Positions 11,729 through 24,630 are shown, counted from the stretch's first letter. The stretch is DNA of 41,233 nt from Chiloscyllium plagiosum (GCF_004010195.1 NC_057750.1:6093151-6134383); one strand, 5' to 3'. Notes: generated by a model from the sequence alone, not told the origin. Numbers and translations: made by a program.

Positions 11729-12124
11729 AGGTGACTGATATCTTGTAAAGTGGCTGCAGGGTCTGGTTGTCTTGACCTCCAGGAACGTAGTCCCCCAGGC
11801 CGATGGTGCTGAGGGAGATGAAGCAGAAATAGAAGGCATTGAGGTAGGTCCAATCTTTCTCGATGGCGCTGAAAATGGCGGCGGGGATGAGGAAGAAGCC
11901 GATGAGGGTGAACAGGAACATCAGGAGGCAGTGCACCTGGGTCACCCGCCGTTTCGAGTAGCCTAACCTCTCCTGGACTGCCTGGATGGGCCGATCGGTC
12001 AGGTAGATCATCAGCCTCTGCACAATCACAGCGAGAAGCAGCATGGTGAAGGGGACCCCCAGGGCAGCGAAGAAGATGGAGAAACCCTTTCCCCCATCAG
12101 AGATTGGGGTCGTGTGGCCATAAC
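11729..12124 (-). CDS. KCNK6: KCNK6-like channel, coding exon 2 (396 nt)
   Basis: Acceptor ctccag|GT TAT GGC completes TTVGYG. Encodes M2, M3 and pore 2 (YFCFISLSTIGLGDYVPG, TWIK-type GLG). Donor T|GTGAGT at 11728. TTVGYG-TTP and FSIFFAALGVPFTMLLL resemble KCNK6 more than KCNK1 or KCNK7. Confidence 0.95.
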
Positions 12125-12319
12125 CTGGAGAGCAGAAATTCCCCATTTCAGTCTCAAAACATCGAGGAAACACAGACGTGCATTTACAAAGCGCCTTTCA
12201 CGTCCCAAGGACATTGCAAGACAATTTGCAGCTAATCAAGTACTTTTCATTGGGGAAGAGCAGTCAACATTTGAATGTGGTGGCCCGATTGTGCACAGCA
12301 AGATCCCACAACTTGATAA

Positions 12320-12605
12320 TAGAGTCATAGAGATGTACAGCACGGAAACAGACCCTTCGGTCCAACTCATCCATGCCGACCAGATATTCTAAATGAATCT
12401 AGTCCCATTTGCCAGCACTTGGCCCATATCCCTCCAAACCCTTCCTACTCATATACCCATCCAGATGCCTTTTAAATGCTGTAATTGTACCAGCCTCCAC
12501 CACTTCCTCTGGCAGCTCATTCTGTACTCGTACCACCCTCTGTGTGAAAACGTTGCCCCTTAGGTCCCTTTTAAATCCTTCCCTCTCACCCTAAACCTAT
12601 GCCCT
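12320..12605 (-). mobile_element. CR1-clade LINE 3' fragment
   Basis: High similarity to 4898-5408. Confidence 0.85.
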
Positions 12606-13081
12606 AACAACCAAATATTAACCAAAGCCCAATCTTTCCTTATCGAATGATCTACTCAAAACAGAAACTCTTCTTTGCAGTACCCTTTCTAAACGAAGGA
12701 GATCAAAGTCTCACTAATGTCCCTTGATTTGTGGTTAAGACAGCTTTCACCTGATAATTCCTTTAAACACCTGCAGGCACCTGGAATACCCCAGAGGTGA
12801 ACAATCTAATTGGATAACTGATGCTGCTATTGTTTGTGACTTTTAATTGCTAGCGCCACACTTTACCAACTCTGATTCTCCAGCATCTGAAGTCCTCACT
12901 GTCTCCGAGTTGCTTTGATCTGCTAAGTGCCTCGCTTCCAGTTGCACTGTCCACACTCAGCACTCTGGAGAGTGTACCAAGGCGCTGAGTGGATTGGTCA
13001 TGTCCAGTCAACGCTACCAACAACTCAACTTGCTCCAGTGCCTAATCTAAGTGAATGGGCACTGCCAACAACCATGGCAGA

Positions 13082-13978
13082 TGTGTGTGTGTGTGTGTGC
13101 GTGTGTGCACACATACATTCTCACACACAGATGCACGAACGCACCTACTCTCACACACACACAGCCATTCTCTCACACTCACACATGCATACTCCCCTAA
13201 AAGCTCACATTCACATGCAAACACACTCAGACATGCACACTTGTACATATGTGCAAACACTTACACACACATGTACACATTCCAACATACACATATTTGC
13301 ACATATGTGCAAACACTCCCACATTTACACTCGCATGCACATGCAAATATACTCCCTCATGTATACACTTTTGCATGTGCACACATTTGCACATGCATGC
13401 GTGCACACACTCGCATGCTTACACACACATGCACGCGCGCACACGCTCACGCGTGCATACACACACATGCACGCGCACACATGCTCACATGTGCATACAC
13501 ACATACGCTCACGCATGCATACGCACACATGCATGCGCACACACATGTGCATACATACATGCACACGCACACACATGTGCACGTGCACACACACTCATAC
13601 ATGCATACACACATGCACGTGCACACACGCTCACATGCACATGCAAACACACTCACGTGTCCACACACTCTCATGCATGCGCACACACACGTGCACATAC
13701 TCATATGTGCACACACTCACATCTACGTGCAAACGTACTTACACATGCACACACTCACATATACCTGCAAACACACTCACCTACGTGCACACACACTCAC
13801 GTATATATGCAAACTCAATCACACATGCACATACTCACATGCAAACACACACACAAACAAACTTGTTCATGTACCCATTTGCACACTCACTCACGTGCAA
13901 ACACGTATGCAGCTCAAAGCTCCACACACTCGCAAATACCACGTCTTGGATGTGCGCACACCTGCATGTGCACTCTCG
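13082..13978. repeat. (CA)/(CATG)/(CACG) alternating purine-pyrimidine tract
   Basis: Directly visible. Confidence 0.9.
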
Positions 13979-14471
13979 CAAATGTTACCATTTCAAGCCC
14001 AGTGGATCCAGTTCTGAAGAAGTGACTTAAAACACTGACCCTGTTTCTATTTCCACAGATAATGTCAAACCTGCTGAGTTTCTCCAGCAATTGCTGTGTT
14101 TGGTGTCAGTCATACACTGTGTTGTGTTTCTAAAATTCGACAGGGCTACATTTCAGATACTTTAAACACTTACTGGAAGGCTTTATTGTTTTGTGAATAA
14201 CCAGCATGGCTGATGCAGAGAGGACCTTTTCTTTATAGATCTCATCAGGAACAAACTGTTCTTCCTGTTGACTGGATTCCCTGTGCAGGAATAGTGGAAG
14301 GTACTCGATCGCAAGCTGAACAGCAAGACTAGAATATTAACCCAGGACGGACTGGTGTTCCAAACACACTAGAGACGTTATTGACCACAAAAGCAGCCAA
14401 CACCAATTGCACTGGAGGGAGTGCAGTGGAGATTCACCAGGATGTCACCTGGTCTGGGGCCGTTCAGCGAT

Positions 14472-15250
14472 GACGAAATTAGTTAGGCCACTTTTGGAAT
14501 ACTGCATTCAATTCTGGTCTCCCTGCTATAGGAAAGTTGTCGTGAAAATTGAAAGGGCTATAAAAGATTTACAAGTATGTTGCCAGGGTTGGAGGATTTG
14601 AGCTACAGGGAGAGGCTGAACAGGCTGGGGCTGTTTTCCCTGGAGCGTCGGAGGCTGAGGGGTGACCTTATAGAGGTTTACAAAATTATGAGGGGCATGG
14701 ATAGGGTAAATAGGCAAAGTCTTTTCCCTGGCGTCAGGAAGTCCAGAACTAGACGGCATAGGTTTAGGGTGAGAGGGGAAAGATATAAAAGAGATCTAAG
14801 GGGCAACTTTTTCACNNNNNCGGCCCAACTTGTCCATGCCGACCAGATATCCCAACCCAATCTAGTCCCACCTGCCAGCACCCGGCCCATATCCCTCCAA
14901 ATTTATAGTAATAAATGTTATAATTTGCTATAAATTCTGTGTCTTACAATCTTTTTCTCCACAACCACCTGATGAAGGAGCAGCGCTCCGAAAGCTAGTG
15001 CTTCCAATTAAACCTGTTGGACTATAACCTGGTGTTGTGCGATTTTTAACTTTGAACACCCCAGTCCAACACCAGCATCTCCAAATCATAACATTTAAAA
15101 GACATCTGGATGGGTATATGAATAGGAAGGGTTTAGAGGGATATAGACCAGGTGCTGGCAAATGGGACTAGATTAATTTAGGATATCTGGTTGGCATAGA
15201 TGAGTTGGACCGAAGGGTCTGTTTCCGTGCTGTACATCTCTATGACTCTA
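14472..15250 (+). mobile_element. CR1-clade LINE 3' fragment interrupted by a gap, an inverted tail piece and a Penelope-like remnant
   Basis: LVRPLLEYCIQFWSP...SLERRRLRGDLIEVYKI. The tail resumes at about 15088. Confidence 0.8.
14966..15000 (+). ncRNA. Minimal type I hammerhead ribozyme motif in a Penelope-like element remnant
   Basis: CAC-CTGATGA-A-GGAGC agc GCTCC-GAAA-GCTA-GTG: both core boxes, 5-bp stem II, palindromic AGCT in place of stem III, CAC/GTG stem I. Confidence 0.75.
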
Positions 15251-15694
15251 AGAGAGATCAGTCGGCTGGAGTTGTCTTCCTTAGAGCAGAGAAGGCTGAG
15301 GGAGTGGGGAACCATCTGATTTAGATGTACAACATTCCGAGCAGTAAAGACAGGTTAGATACAGAGATAACTTTCCCTTTTGTAAAGGGGCCAATAAATA
15401 AAGGCGGGGGGGGGGGGAACAGTTTTAAGGTTAGGAGTAGAAGCTTTTGAGGGGATTGGTCGAAAGACGTTTTTTTAATCACCCAGAGGATGGAGGGAAT
15501 ATGCAAATATCCAAAAGGATTGTAGACTTGGAAACCCTGAAGGCATTTAAGAAATACTTAGACAAGTCCTCAACACATACAAGGCTGTGGGGCCAAACAC
15601 TGGGAAATGGCATTAAAATGAACGGAAAACAGAAATCGCTGGAAATTCAGCCAACCCTTTCTGCGCTGGTCATCAAACATCCATCTATTTTAAA

Positions 15695-16150
15695 TAAAAA
15701 CCGAATGAACTGCGGATACTGTCAATCAGAAATGAAAGCAGACATTGCTGGAAAAGCTCAGCAGGTCTGGCACCAAGTGTGGAGAGAAATCAGAGTTAAC
15801 GTTTCAGTTCCAGTGACCCTTCCCTCAGAACTGATGCTAGCTGGGAAAATGTCAGTTTATATGCAGAAGAGAGGGTGCAGGAAGCAGGGGAAGGAGCAGA
15901 CGAGAGGTGGGTATAGAGCCTAAAGAGAGAGAGAGGCACAGTTAGACAGACAAAGGTGTGGATAGCGATCTGGCTGGGAGGGTGAATAGCTGTTAATGGG
16001 GGACTGTTAGTGGCTAACAATGAGATTCCACTCTCACCACCCTATCTTCTGCATTCAACCCAATATTGTCCCAGATACCATCAGTTCTGAGGAAGGTCAC
16101 TCGATTCAAAACATTAATTCCCATTTCTCTCCATAGATGCTGCAGCTCTT
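15695..16150. mobile_element. Penelope-like remnant with inverted terminal segments
   Basis: About 15775-15875 and 16040-16142 are diverged reverse complements, each with a decayed CTGAGGA...GAAACGTT motif. Confidence 0.55.
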
Positions 16151-16235
16151 TCAGTTTTTAATTAAAATAGATGGATGTTTGATGACCAGTGCAGAAACAG
16201 TTGGACAAAAGGCATCTTTGGCTGCTGCAAAAACT

Positions 16236-16979
16236 GTACGATGCTATGAAGTCTCTAGGAATAAGTCCCGCCCACACTTAGCAAATTGAGGACGATGTCC
16301 ACCTGACCCAGGGGAACATGTTCCTGCACAGGGAGCAGTGCGGTGAAGAGTTTATCAGGGAGAAAGCTGGGTAGATTAGGAAGGGAATCCGTGCATGGTC
16401 TGAAGTTTGTGATGATGCTTTCACTTTAACAATATTATTTTGTCTTTGGGTCTTTTTCAAGAGAGGTTGTAAAAGCAGAGATGCCTAAATGTCTGGAAAT
16501 GCCTACCATAACAACAGCAGGGGAGTGGTCAATCCTCCCAACTCAGGTTTTTTCCCCTAGTTTGGTTTAGCTGCAACGGAAGCTGCTGAAATGCAAAAAA
16601 GTTTCATGTTTCAGCAGATGATCCCTGGCTGACTTTTCTCCCAGATACCTCTCCTGCCTGTAAGAACCTGCGTCTGAATTTACTTTTGGCCAAGGGGTGT
16701 ATTTATGGGATGTGATGGGAATTGGAACAGCTCCTTGGTTAAGTTGCTGAGTCGGGTGAATTAAGTTTTCTAATGGTTAAGTTATTCTAAATTCTGCTTT
16801 CTTTTGTTCGTGTTGCGACTGTAGAGTTTAAATAAATTCTGTTTTGCTTAAAGCCGGGTGGTTTGACTAGTTGTATTACTCTGGAACACCCACTTCACAT
16901 CTGCCTTTAAAATAAGGAAAAGTTAGGGTGTAGGCTACCTTCTTAAAATACTTTGAGGGGTCTGGCCTGGTCCCTAACA
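16236..16979 (+). mobile_element. Putative solo LTR
   Basis: AATAAA at about 16831; ends GGTCTGGCCTGGTCCCTAACA. The 5' boundary is uncertain. Confidence 0.45.
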
Positions 16980-17234
16980 AGTTGGACTATGCCAACAGAC
17001 TGTTGGTGAACCAAAACAGTTGCATTTGTCTCTGTATCTTGTGGGGTCAAGCCCCGCTCCACTTCCTTGAGCAGATAACCCAGGGTGTAACTCCCAGTGC
17101 ACTATGGAAAGAATTCCACACTGTCAGAGGAGTCTAATTCTGGATGAAGTCAGGTGCCTCTGAAAGGCCAAGACTAACATGACTTCCAAACCATATCTGC
17201 CTGTTCTACTCTCCTACAAGTAGGATTTAAATTT

Positions 17235-17537
17235 AGAATCCCTACAGTGTGGAAACAGGCCCTTCGGTCCAACAAATCCACACCGACCCTCTGAAGAGTG
17301 ACCCACCCAGACCCATTCCCCTACCCTATATTGACCCCTGACCTATCACTAATGGCAATTTAGAATGGCCAATCCACCCTACCCTGCACAGCTTTGGATT
17401 GTGGGAGGAAGCCCAGAGCACCCAAGGAAACCCACGCAGACATGGGTAAATTCCACACAGACCTAAGGGTGGAATCGAACCCGGGTCCTGGCGCTGTGAG
17501 GCAGCAGTGCTAACCACTGAGCCACCATGCCACCCCA
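17235..17537 (-). mobile_element. HE1/V-SINE-type SINE
   Basis: Family similarity. Confidence 0.85.
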
Positions 17538-17599
17538 GTGGATACAGCATCTCGGGCATTTTCGTGTCATGTTCTGGACACAAAGTCTCTGCTCCATTT

Positions 17600-17765
17600 G
17601 GAGCATGGAAACAGACCTTTCGGTCCACACTGACCATAATCCCAAACTAAACTAGTCCCACCTGCCTGCACTTGGCCCATATCCCTCCAACATTTCTTAT
17701 TCACGGACTTACCCAAAAGTCTTTTAAATGCTGTAACTGTACCCACATCCACCACTTCCTTCAGA
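17600..17765 (-). mobile_element. CR1-clade LINE 3' tail
   Basis: EVVDVGTVTAFKRLL plus tail. Confidence 0.7.
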
Positions 17766-17971
17766 AAGTCTTTAAGTGACTCCGAAACACTTTGGTACAT
17801 CCCAAGACAGCGAATCGCATTGAATAATACCAGTCTTTTCCTTTACTTTCAGGCATAAACGTTGCAGCAGACTTACCTGGCCAGAGGCTTGCTCTCTCTC
17901 AATAGAGAGAGAGATGATTGTTGGTGGTTTATCCTGAGGGTCACCACATCTAAGGCAAGGGGAGAGTAAAG

Positions 17972-18393
17972 AGCTGTACAGCACAGAAACAAACCCTTCA
18001 GTCCATCTCGTCCATGATAATCAGATATCCTAAATCCAATCCCATTTGCCAGCACTTGGCCCATATCCCTCTAAACCCTTCTTATTCATATACCCATCCA
18101 GATCCTTTTAAATGTTGTTATTGTACCAGCCTCCACCACTTCCTCTGGCAGCTCATTCCATACACACATGGAAATGTTGTCCCTTAGGCCCCTTTTAAAT
18201 CTTTCCCCTCTCACCTTAAACCTGTGCCCTCTGGTTTTGGACTCCCCCACCCTGGGCAAAAGACTTTGTCTATTTACCCTATCCACACCCCTCATGATTT
18301 TATAAACCTCTATTAGGTCACCCCTCAGCCTCCAAGGAAAACAGCCCCAGCCTATTCAGCCTCTCCCTATGGCTCAAACCCTCCAACCCTGGC
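17972..18393 (-). mobile_element. CR1-clade LINE 3' fragment
   Basis: [14 protein letters not shown]...VWNELPEEVVEAG. Confidence 0.85.
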
Positions 18394-18398
18394 AGTAA

Positions 18399-18697
18399 GA
18401 GGTGGCACAGTGGCTCAGTGGCTAGCACTGCTGCCTCACAGCACTAGGGACCTGGGTTCAATTCCCACCTGTCTGTGTGGAGTTTGCACAATCTCCCCGT
18501 GTCTGCATGGGTTTGCTCCAGTTTCCTCCCACAATCCAAAGATGTGCGGGTCAGGTGAACTGGCCATGCTAAATTGCCCACAGTGTTAGTCAGGGATAAA
18601 TATATGGTAGGGGAATGGGTCTGGTTGGGTTTCTCTTCAGAGGGGCGGTTTGGGCTGAAGGGCCTGTTTCCACATAAGGAAATCTAATCTAATCTAA
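18399..18697 (+). mobile_element. HE1/V-SINE-type SINE
   Basis: Family similarity, (AATCT)n tail. Confidence 0.85.
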
Positions 18698-19029
18698 TAA
18701 GAGGTTGAGAAGGACAGTCCTTCATGTAACTTCAGCTGGTGAGGGAATTGAACCCATACTGTTGTCGTCACTTTGCAACACAAACCAGTTAAATAATTCA
18801 TGCAGGCCAATCAGCCCAAGTCTCTGCTAGCTCAATGCAAGAACTCATTCTTCACACCCCTATGAATATTTCCTTTTAATTATCTGATTTTTAAAAAAAC
18901 TTAGAGTAGCTTCCATCACCCTTTCAATCATTACATCACCCATTTAAAAACACAGTCTCTTCACCTCCCAGTTGGAGATAGGCAATAATGTACATTGTTC
19001 AAATGTATGCAAACACAGAGCTTTTCTTA

Positions 19030-19765
19030 AAAACACTGGTAAATATTTTAAGCTTATTCCAAACACTGAGGAACTTTTTAAAAAGCATTTTTTGAACATT
19101 AAAAACTTCAAATAAACTTATTGAAATTACTTTTACTATATATTTAAAAAATCTTAATTATCTAAAATAGATTATAAAACCTTCTCTCAAAAATAATACT
19201 TTTAATAAACTATCAAATATTGAAATCAATCAAAAATACTTTCCAAATGATTGACTTTTAAAAAACTTGATCAAATGTTGAAAAACATTTTAATCAATAT
19301 TTTCAAATGTTGGAAAACGTCTATAGACTTTATCATTGCTGAAAATCATTTTTAAAAAGCTTTTTCAAATCTTGGACAATTAAAAATCAAAAAATGCTGA
19401 ACAACTTTTTACAACTTGATTAAATGTTGAAAAATATTTTAAAAACCTTTTCAAATGTTGGACAAGGTCTGAAAAACTATCAATTGTTGAAAAAAAATTT
19501 ACATAAACGTTTTCGATTGCTGAACAACTTTTTACAACTTGATTAAATGTTGAAAAATATTTTAAAAACCTTTTCAAATGTTGGACAAGATCTAAAAAAC
19601 TATCAATTGTTGAAAAAAAACATTTTACATAAACTTTTTCGAATGCTGAACAACTTTTAATAACCTGCTTAGACGTTCAAAAATACCTTTTAAAAAAACC
19701 TTTTCAAAATGTTGAAGAACATTTTGAAAACTTTTGTGAACGTCTTTAAAAACTTATGTTAACTA
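19030..19765. repeat. AT-rich degenerate tandem repeat with a 123-126 bp higher-order duplication
   Basis: TGCTGAACAACTTTT recurs at 19395, 19518 and 19644. About 30-bp AAATGTTGAAAA subunits. Confidence 0.8.
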
Positions 19766-19815
19766 TCTCGAAAAGTTATCGACAGACAACGTAGAATAAG
19801 TATTCTTACACCCAC

Positions 19816-20116
19816 CCACTGTGGTGACCAAGGTGCTAACAAAGAAGAAAGCAGAGGCAAAGTCCCAGTTGGTGTGTGAGCTGTTGGTGAGGATGGAGAC
19901 ACCGTATCGATGCGCCTCCAATGCCCGCACCAGGAAGTCTTCGAGGTCGGACTCAGCCAGGCAGGGAGTATCGCTGAGGAGCCCGAACTTCAAGGAACGC
20001 AATTGGTTCCGGAGACTGCGTTCGTAAGGTCGCTCTATCAGAGACATGATCACTGCCCCCAGCAGCAGGTAACACAGGTAGAAAAGCACAATCCACAGGC
20101 AGCCCCACTTTGCCAT
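19816..20116 (-). CDS. KCNK6: Two-pore-domain K+ channel, TWIK subfamily (KCNK6/TWIK-2-like), coding exon 1
   Basis: ATG in strong Kozak context (GGG ATG G). Encodes M1 helix (LFYLCYLLLGAVIMSLIE), cap with Cys (TPCLAE), NSS sequon and pore helix 1 (WDFASAFFFVSTLVTTV-G). Phase-1 donor G|GTGGGT at 19815. Confidence 0.92.
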
Positions 20117-20334
20117 CCCCTCCCGGAGGACCCTGCAAAGTGGATCTCCAGCCTCTGCACCGAACCCAGAAACTTTGCCGCAACTTTTGAATTTCCGCTC
20201 GACTGAGACGCTCAGAGTCCCCGCCTCAGTGGCGGCTGTGACACTCAGGAAAACGCCTTCAGAAATCCCACCTTTCCGGTAATTTTACAGTGTGGTACAG
20301 TCTTCTTGGAAGTTACATCCCACTCTATATCTTT

Positions 20335-21310
20335 CTATAATACACTGAGTGTGCTGTATTCTTACTGTAATATACAGAGCAAACCATCCTGTAATATCCA
20401 CTCAGTGTACACCATCCTGTAATATCCACTCAGTGTAAACCATTCTGTAATATACACTCTGTAATATACAGTGCAAACCATCCTGTAATATACACTCAAT
20501 GTACACCATCCTGTAATATCCACTCAGTGTAAACCATTCTGTAATATACACTCTGTAATATACAGTGCAAACCATCCTGTAATATACACTCTGTAATATA
20601 CACACAGTGTAAATCATACTGTAACATTATGGGTGGCATGGTGGCTCAGTGGTTAGCAATGCTGCCTCACAGCACCAGAGACCTGGGTTCAATTCCCACC
20701 TCAGGCAACTGTCTGAACTGTCTGTGTGGAGTTTGCACATTCTCCCCGTGTCTGCATGGGTTTCCTCCCACAGTCCAAAAATGTGCAGGTTAGGTGAATT
20801 GGCCATGCTAAATTGCCCATAGTGTTAGGTGAAGGGGTAAATGTTGAGGAACGGGTCTGGGTGGGTTGCTCTTTGGTGGGTTGGTATGGACTTGTTGGGC
20901 CGAAGGGCCTGATTCCACACTAAGTAATCTAATCGATCACACTCTAATAATGCTCAGCATAAACCATCCGGTAACACACATTCTGTAATGTACACTCAGT
21001 GTAAATCATCCTGTAATATACACTCTGTAAAATACAGTGCAAACCATCTTGTAATATCCACTCAGTAACATACCTGTACACTCTAATAATGCTCAGCATA
21101 ATCCATCTTGTAACATACACTCTGTAATGTACAGACAGTGCAAATAATTCTGTAATATACACCTAGTGTAAATTATCCTGTAATATACACACTGTAATAT
21201 ACACTCAGTATAAATCCTCCAGTAATATACAGTCTGTAATGTACAGTGTAAACCATCCTGAAATATACACTTTGTAACATACACTCAGTGTAAACCATCC
21301 TGTAACTTAC
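20335..21310. repeat. GTAATATACACTC(AGTGTAAACCATCCT) minisatellite, 14/28-bp units
   Basis: Directly visible. More decayed continuations at about 21530-21785, 23085-23470 and 23905-24160. Confidence 0.85.
20630..20933 (+). mobile_element. HE1/V-SINE-type SINE inserted in a minisatellite
   Basis: Family similarity. Confidence 0.85.
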
Positions 21311-21799
21311 ATGCTGTAGTGTACCTTGTGTGTGTATATAACAGGCTCATTTACATTGTCATAAAATAGGCATACTTTCAGAGAATCAGAGGCTGCTCTC
21401 TGATTAGAGAGAGCATATCTCAGGTGAGGGGAGAGGCTGAGAAGGTGGGAGCTTCATGGTAACCTCAGCTGGTGATGGAAACTGAACTCACATTATTGGA
21501 ATCTCTTCACCAACTGGGCCAGCAATCCCCACACAGTGTACACTAACCGTCCTGTAACATAGAGGCAATGCAATGTTTCCTCATGCAATAAATGCTCATT
21601 ATGATGTATCCCTCCTATAATATGCACTCAGTGTAAGACATCCTGCAATATACACTCGTTGTAATATATCCCTTCTGTAATAAACACTCAATGTAGCAAA
21701 CCCCTCACATAAAATACACTTCTCATATATTCTTCCTGTACTATACACTCAGAGCAATATATTCTTTCTGTAATATATATGTCTACTCTTGGTCATAGT

Positions 21800-23075
21800 A
21801 AAGGGATGGAAGGTGTCAGCAACAGCGCTATCAAGTAGCACCTGCTCAGCGATAACCAACTCAGTGACACCCAGTTTGGGTTCCCCCAGGGTCACTCAGC
21901 TCCTGACCTCATTACAGCCTTGGGTCAAACATGGACAAAAGAGCTGAATTCCAGAGGTAAGGTGAGAGTGACAGGCCTTGACATTGAGGCTGCATTCAAC
22001 CGAGTGTGGCATCAAAGAGCCCTAGAAAAACTGGAATCAATGGGCATCAGGGGGCAAACTCTCCATTGGTTGGCACATAGGAAGACTGTCAGGGTTATGA
22101 AGGGTCAGCCATCCCAGTTCCAGGACACCTCTGCAGGAGTTCCTCAGGGTAGTGTGCTAGGCCCAACCATCTTCAGTTGCTTCATCGATGACCTTCCCTC
22201 CACCATTAAGGTCAGAAATGGGGATGTTCGCTGATGATTGCCCAATGCTCAACACCATTCACGACTCCTCAGATACTGTAGTAGTCCAAGTTTGAATGCA
22301 ATATCCAGACTTGGGCTGAAGAGTGGCAAGTAACGTTCGTGCCACACAAATGCCAGGCAATGATCATCTCCAAAAAGAGACAATCTAACCACTGTCCTTG
22401 ACATTGAGTGGTGTTACCATCACTGAACTCCCCACTATCAACTTCCAGGGTGGTTACCATTGATCAGACACTCAATAGGAGTCACCACATAAACACTGGT
22501 TGCATGAGCAGGTCAGAGGCTGGGAATACTGTGGGGAATAACACACTTCCTGACTCCTCGAAGCCTGTCCACCATCTACAAGGCACAAGTCAGGAGTGTG
22601 ATTGCCCTGGATGGGGGCAGCTCCCACCTCACTCAAGAAATCTGAAACCATCCAGGAAAAAAACAGCCTGTTTGATTGGCACCACATCCACAAACATCCA
22701 CTCCCCACACCACCGACGCTCCGTACCAGCAGTGTGTACCATCTACAAGATGCACTACAGAAATTCACCAAAGCTCCTCAGACAGCACCTTCCAAACCCA
22801 CAGCCACTTCCATCTAGAAGGACAAGGGCAGCAAATACATGGGAACACCACCCCCTGCAAATTCCCCTCCAAGCCACTCCCCATCCTGACTTGGAAATAC
22901 AGCACTGAGCCTTCAATGTCACTGAGTTAAAATTCTGGAATTCCCTCCCTCAGGGCATTGTGGGTCAACCCACAGCACACGGACTGCAGCGGTTCAAGAA
23001 GGCAGCTCACTCCCACCTTCTCAAGGGGCAACTAGGGGCAATAAATACTTGCCAGTTCACGTCCAATCAGTGAAT
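21800..23075 (+). mobile_element. CR1/L2-group LINE, decayed reverse transcriptase plus 3' end
   Basis: QFGF, LDIEAAFNRVWH, GVPQGSVLGP and frameshifted MFADD. The 3' tail is shared with 33010-33790 and with the SINE at 2312-2625. Confidence 0.85.
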
Positions 23076-24289
23076 TTTAAAAAGTGTAATATATCCCTTA
23101 TATAATATGCAGCCCAAATGATACATCCTCACTGTAGTAAATATGCAACAGAATATTACAACATTCTCCTTGTAATATACACCATTAAACTAGACCCTTC
23201 TGTAAAATATACTTGCATATTGTTTCCTGTAATATACAGCCATATAATATATCATGTAACATACACTCAGTTTAATATGCACTTGCTGTAATATACAGCA
23301 TCATACATATCTAGCGTAATATTTGCTTCATGTAATATTAGTGTCTTATATCCCTTATGTAATATACACCTAGTGCAATAGGTTATTCCTATAAGACGTG
23401 CTCAGTGTGGTATATTCTTCCTGTAATATACATTCAGTGTAATATATACCGCCCATATTATAACATACACCTCCCCAGTTGGGACCAAACAAGGAAATGG
23501 AACTGTTTGGATAGCTCTATCAAAGATCTGGCACAGGCCCTGTGGGTTGAATGGCCTCCATCTCTGCTGTAAGATTCCACTAGAAGGACGCGAATTATAA
23601 GTTTGAAACAGAATCCACTCACTGATCTCCCTGGCCTCCAGCCCCATTGCAACTGGAGCGGAGCAATGCCACAGGAGGGCAACTATTTATTTCTGTGAAT
23701 GAATGAAAGTGAGCCCAAACATGGAGAACATTGGAGAAACACGACGTGTCTGGCAGCATCCTCCAGAAGAGAAAACAGAGCTAAATGCTTTGAGTCCGGC
23801 ATGACGTTTCTCTGGAACTGGCATTTCAGGAGGAGGTTACTTGGGCTGGCGTTTCGAAGTAGCGACAGATGTTTATTGTACGGCGAAGCCAAAGTTTGTC
23901 ATAAATTCCTCCTGTATTATACATTCAGCATACATTTTCCTGTAACGTACACTCAGTGTAAGATACTCTTATCTAATATAGACTCATTGCAAGACATCCT
24001 TCCTGTAATATAACAATGTAATACGCCCCTCATTTAAAATACACTTGTTATTTCTTTCCTTTTGTAGTATACACACAGTGTGATATATTCTTCCAGCAAT
24101 GTATGCCAATATTCACTTCCTGCAATATACTATGAGTGTAATATATCCCTTATTTAATAGTCTTAGGTTCCACAGTAAAGTGAAGGTGCTTGTGGTGCAG
24201 TGGTAATGGCCTACCTTTAGGATAGGAGGCTCAGTTCGAGACCTCTTCCTCCAGAGGGTGCGTTATAACATCCCCTTGCAGAACTTCTT

Positions 24290-24630
24290 TTAATGCATTC
24301 ATGAGATGTGGATGTAGCTGACTGGGCCAGTATATATTGCCCATCCTTACCAACAGAGTCAACTCCATTGCGCTGGGTCTAGAGACACGTGTAGGCCAGA
24401 TCGGAAAAGAACGGGAGATTTCCTTCCCTAAAGGACATTAGTGAACCAGATGGAGTTTTCCCAACAATGATCATCATTAGATTCTTAATTCCAGACATCT
24501 TTTATTATTATTTTTATTGAATTTAAATTCCACACCATCTGTCATGGTGGGATTCAAACCCAGGTCCTTAGATTGTTATCTGAGTCTCTGGATTGATAGT
24601 CCAACAATCATACCATGAGACCATCGCCTC
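24290..24630 (-). mobile_element. Second SINE family copy
   Basis: Similar to 2312-2625. Confidence 0.6.

Noticed and set aside
12927..14030. His/Thr/Cys-rich ORFs up to 367 aa
   Set aside because: Translations of a (CA)n-type tract that is open in many frames.
14816..14900. Inverted CR1 tail inside a CR1 fragment
   Set aside because: It abuts a 5-N join, so it cannot be separated from a scaffolding artefact.
8799..20116. Calling the channel KCNK1 or KCNK7
   Set aside because: Pore 1 is TTVGYG rather than the TTGYG of KCNK1 and KCNK7. M2 and the YxxI tail also fit KCNK6 better. A phylogeny would confirm.
21920..22234. Functional reverse transcriptase gene
   Set aside because: Frameshifted before the FADD motif and 5' truncated, so a dead LINE copy.
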